DNA of 64,000 nt from Psammoneis japonica (lineage: Eukaryota): assembly GCA_008632985.1 (NCBI GenBank), contig QPGO01000090.1, positions 248,001 to 312,000 on the forward strand, given 5' to 3'. The notes beneath the pieces were generated by a model, which saw only the letters and a list, made by a program, of their open reading frames with translations, had not been told where the DNA came from and ran no database searches. How positions within the stretch are numbered: position 1 is the first letter of the stretch; every line of letters starts with the position of its first letter. Shown here one piece after another: positions 60,097 to 64,000 of this stretch. The translations under genes were made by a program, and so were the position numbers.

Positions 60097-62008
60097 ATGG
60101 GGCATCAACGAAAACGTCAAGGAAGACGGGGCAACAGAGAACAAGAGCCAGAACAAGTCGTCGATGACTTGGCGGTGGCAGCGAGCTTTGCGCATGCATT
60201 GCCGCCCAGCAGCAACACGACAAAGGAGGAAGCAGTTGCCTCGACGACGGAAGATTCGGACGAAGCTTCTAGCGACGAAAATGAAATTGAAATAGATGAC
60301 GAAGATTCAAATTCTGATTCGGGTAATCAAGAAAAGAACGAGGGGACAACAGCAACTCTTGAAACAGCGGGAGCAGAAGATACTACCACCACCAACAACA
60401 ACAACAACAGCGAACACGAATCTTCTGATGACGATTCAGAAGTGGATTTAGCCGAAGCACTTGAAAAAATGAATGATTCAGACGATGAAGATACAGGGAG
60501 AAAAAAGAAGAATGCAAGTGATGCTCTTTCTGGACCCACAACCGAACACGAGGTTGATCCATACAAAACACCCGTTTCCGAGCTAGAATCCAAACTCAAA
60601 ATGAAATTGACGGTGGAAATAATGAAACGACGGAAAAAGTCAATTCTAAAACAAAGCTTATTCTGGTGAGGGATATTTGTACAATTTCGCATGGCGCATG
60701 GTTGAAATGCACACATTGTTTTTCTAAACACTTTCTTCTGAAACACTGCCGCATGCGGTACGCAGGCGGGTAATGTTAAGAGTCACATGGTGGATGAAAG
60801 AACCATTGTAGTGGAAAGTACAACCACTGGATTTGCTGCGCCATTAGACGAGGGTAGTCTCCTTGTGCTCAAAGTTGATAAGGAAAGCAATCCTGAAACT
60901 GATGGGTTTCACTTGGCAAAGTGTTTGAGGTGTTTGGTCCCGTTCACCGGCCGCTCTATACGATTCGACTACCGCCGCCACAGTTACCAGCAGTAGCAAA
61001 GACAGCAACCAGAGACGAAAAGAAAGGTAAGCCTAGTAATGATCAAGATACCGAATGTAGCAAAGGTGACGATGGCGCTTCGAAGACGGCCGCGTGTTGT
61101 ACAAACGACGATACAGAGGAGACATCAAGCGAAAAACTTGCAGATGAAAGCGAAACAACGTCTATGGCAGACGAGGCAGGGCAGACAGAAAACAGTGAAA
61201 CATTGAGCAGTCGTCTAAGGACATAGAAGATGCTTGGAGTCATGGTGGACGTTATACAGCAATGCTGAAATCTGATCCCAACCTGAAAGTATTTTACGTT
61301 GAGAACAAGGCAAACCGGATTGATACTGCTGCTATCCTTCGAAATAGCGGCAAGGGTTGTGGTAAGTCACTGAAAGAATTACGTGCTTTGTGATAGGTTC
61401 ATCCTCACAGGGTTCTTGTCGTTGCATGATGAATAGACGCTTCCAACGTATACGACGAGGAGGCTGTCAATGCCAATGACGTGTACTACAGCGATGACGA
61501 GCAAGAGCGTGAAGCAAAGAGTCGCAAGAAGAAAGGCGGGAAGAGAACGAACACAACCACCCAACAACCGCTCTGGGATACAGCACTTTCGTCCCCCTCA
61601 GCATCACGGCGGTAACATGCCTTACGGTTCGGCACCGGTCTACCCCCAAAGTTATCAACCTCAGACTGCCTACAGTCACAATCCGGCTTTGAACTATTCG
61701 CAGCAATACGCAGCACAAGCTCCTTACCGACCATATCCACCTCAATATGCTGCTGCCTATTCATATCAACACCCGGCGCCCTATACGCCAATGCCCCAAG
61801 CTTTCCTGGATATTTACCACGGCAAATGTACCCGAACCAACATGTCGGTCAACCGCCGCCGCCGCCTCCTCCACCTTATCGTCCGACTGTGTATCCAAAC
61901 GTACCTGTACCAGCTATTGCGCAAGCGCAACAACCAGGTACACAACCTAACAATCCCTATCCGCAGCCTCAGGAAGAACCCGACACGGTGTACTACGACT
62001 ACACATAG
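60097..62008 (+). CDS. NAF1: H/ACA RNP assembly factor NAF1 (Gar1/Naf1 domain), multi-exon, apparent frameshifts
   Basis: Acidic N-terminus, PLDEGSLL, GKVFEVFGPVHRPLYTIR, KGC-DASNVYDEE, Pro/Tyr/Gln-rich C-terminus. Confidence 0.8.
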
Positions 62009-62083
62009 ATCTTGGCTTCTACCGTACGAAACGAGCGCACAAGCCCGGGAATTTGACAGTCAGTGTTGTGTGCCCATTTCTTA

Positions 62084-63830
62084 TCATGTCCATGGGAGCC
62101 AGTTCACATGCATGGCATTCCCAAGAACAATGTAGATTAAACAATAATACAGGACAAGGTGTCCCCTCTCAACCTTTGATTCGTTATCTTTGTCGGTCCC
62201 CTGAATAAGGAGAGTTGTCATGTACCAGTAAATGGCAGGGCACGACGAGAAGATGAGTCGTGTCGAAACTTGTACGTGTGCGACCGTTGCTCCAACAAGG
62301 GAAAAAGCTGATAATACCGCAAAGTGTGTCAGAACGTGAGGTCCCATCAAAAGGGCGCCTTCCTCGGAGGCCGACGCGGTTGAGGAGGGTGCTACCGAAG
62401 CCTCCAACGCAAATATCGCCCATTGTATTATGTGAATGGGACGCTTCCAAGAAACTGCTTCGTATGCGCGCTCAGAGTTCGAGGGAGAAGTTTCTCTGGC
62501 TACAAACGACTTCCAACTGGCGTGAATCCATGTCAGCGAACCAGAAAACCCCAACCACAAGACAGGGGTAGCTAGAAAAAGTTTGGAATTTGTTTCAATT
62601 CATAATAGCGTAGAAATCCGACGTTCCAATGCTTACGTTGCACGTATCCGTAGAGAGAGAAGGGAAGTAGATTCGTTTCTTCTTGTGCCGTTGCGCACCA
62701 AGACGGTTGCATTGTTGAGTCTGACAAACAATGAAACGAGTAGCCTCGCCAGTCATGAAAAATGACTGGTAGAGCGACAATCACTGCTAGCATCAAATAA
62801 TATGCTGCTCTGACAAGTGACCATGTCAAAGATGTTCCGCTCTGAATCGACTTTAGAAACGTGGCAACATTCCATATCAAGAGCCACAGAGACGCCATTG
62901 TCCCGTTTGAGCGGACAAAGGATGCGATTGTCCACAGGAGAGTAGCCGCCACTACATTGCCTCGAAACGCAACATTGTATCCCAGAAAGGTTAGAAAAGC
63001 AAAGGATGATTCCGAGTAGGCTGTCGAAAAGAAGACGCTAGCCGGATTGATGCAAAAGAGAACGGCGCAGACTAGAGCATGGTGAAGACAGCGTTGCACC
63101 TCGGTGGGAGTCAAGGTGCTTGGGTCATTCGAGGTGTTTCGTGCCGCCACTCTATACGTCAAATCATGCAACACCAATGATGTCATTACGAACAAGATGA
63201 AATTGACAAGGATGGCTGCCAACACCGATACCCCTTCAAACGATGGTGGTAGGGCTACACCAGGAATGATCCACACCAAGAACAAGGCGGTGTAACGAAT
63301 CATCAATGGAAACAGCGGGAAAAAGGCATGTGCCTGTTCCGACAGGACAAAAAGATCGTCATTTTCACAAGTCTTGTCGTCTCCGCAATGGCTTTCCACA
63401 TCCACCAGAACGGGTATTGGTTTCCGCGCATCCGGATGCACCGCAAGTCTCAGAAAACGAGCAGCGTCCCATCTTGTAAAGGGCGTCAGCATAACATTGT
63501 AGATTTGTGTTAAGAATTTTGACGACTCCATGTGCGTTGTATCTGTGGCGCACTCCCTGAACAATGGATCCCAATGCCGGTCGTGGTGTGCTCGTTTGTC
63601 ACAAGCGTCTCCGTGGAGGCAAAAGCACGGGGGACCGTCGTTGAGCGGAGGTCGAAGCGAAGTACGTCTTTCCCGGGGTCAAAAAAGTCGCCAACAACAG
63701 CAGCTGAAGCAACCATACCCAAACAGATCACAAGACGTGATGCTATTGAAAATCGAACTATAAATGTCGGGAATCTTTCATTGAATCGGACGGCATTTTA
63801 GCAGCCACTGCCGGAGATTCGTCATGATGA
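62084..63830 (-). CDS. PIGV: GPI mannosyltransferase 2 (PIG-V/Gpi18); start uncertain, apparent frameshifts
   Basis: TPFTRWDAARFL, NPASVFFSTAYSES, YVQRKHWNVGFLRYYELKQIPNF, AHVQVSTRL, NWLPWT. Confidence 0.88.
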
Positions 63831-64000
63831 GCCTTTTACTGTGCCGTAGGAAGAGAGTCAATTCTGTTTCGCAACCTTAAGGGATTGTTCTAAGCTGCAA
63901 TGTCGAGCTCAATATCTATTGCCAACAAGCAACCATCAACTCTGGGTGCCACCTCATATCTTTTGCTCATGGTGGTGCCGCACTCTCCATCACTCGCTCG

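Overview
Eukaryotic genomic DNA, most likely a diatom (short GT-AG introns, ASAFAP-like plastid presequences, a diatom-type Ty1/copia element). Two ordinary gene-dense arms flank a central repeat-rich block. The left arm (1-27.6 kb) carries a multi-TM protein, DUF2254, NRT2, EndoU, two NCKX-PH exchangers, an AAA/TPR NTPase, an ABC1 kinase and a 4.4-kb TIR element with a nested MITE. The right arm (55.8-64 kb) carries a sulfotransferase/O-fucosyltransferase-like gene, a fibrillin-like gene, NAF1 and PIG-V. The main signal is the central block (~27.7-55.8 kb), where TpA dinucleotides have been almost erased by A:T->G:C transitions on both strands (TA->TG or CA). Three internal controls support this. 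(i) The two 276-bp LTRs of a TSD-bounded copia element differ at 11 sites, all A/G or T/C, 10 of them at TpA. (ii) Conserved Tyr residues of its RT/RNase H read as Cys/His. (iii) One copy of a tandem CitE/ankyrin duplication is converted while the other is intact. This looks like a region-targeted 'reverse-RIP' hypermutation system. The mechanism is inference, and a base-calling artefact must be excluded with independent reads. Several conserved genes carry 1-nt frameshifts that may be assembly indels. All counts are by hand.
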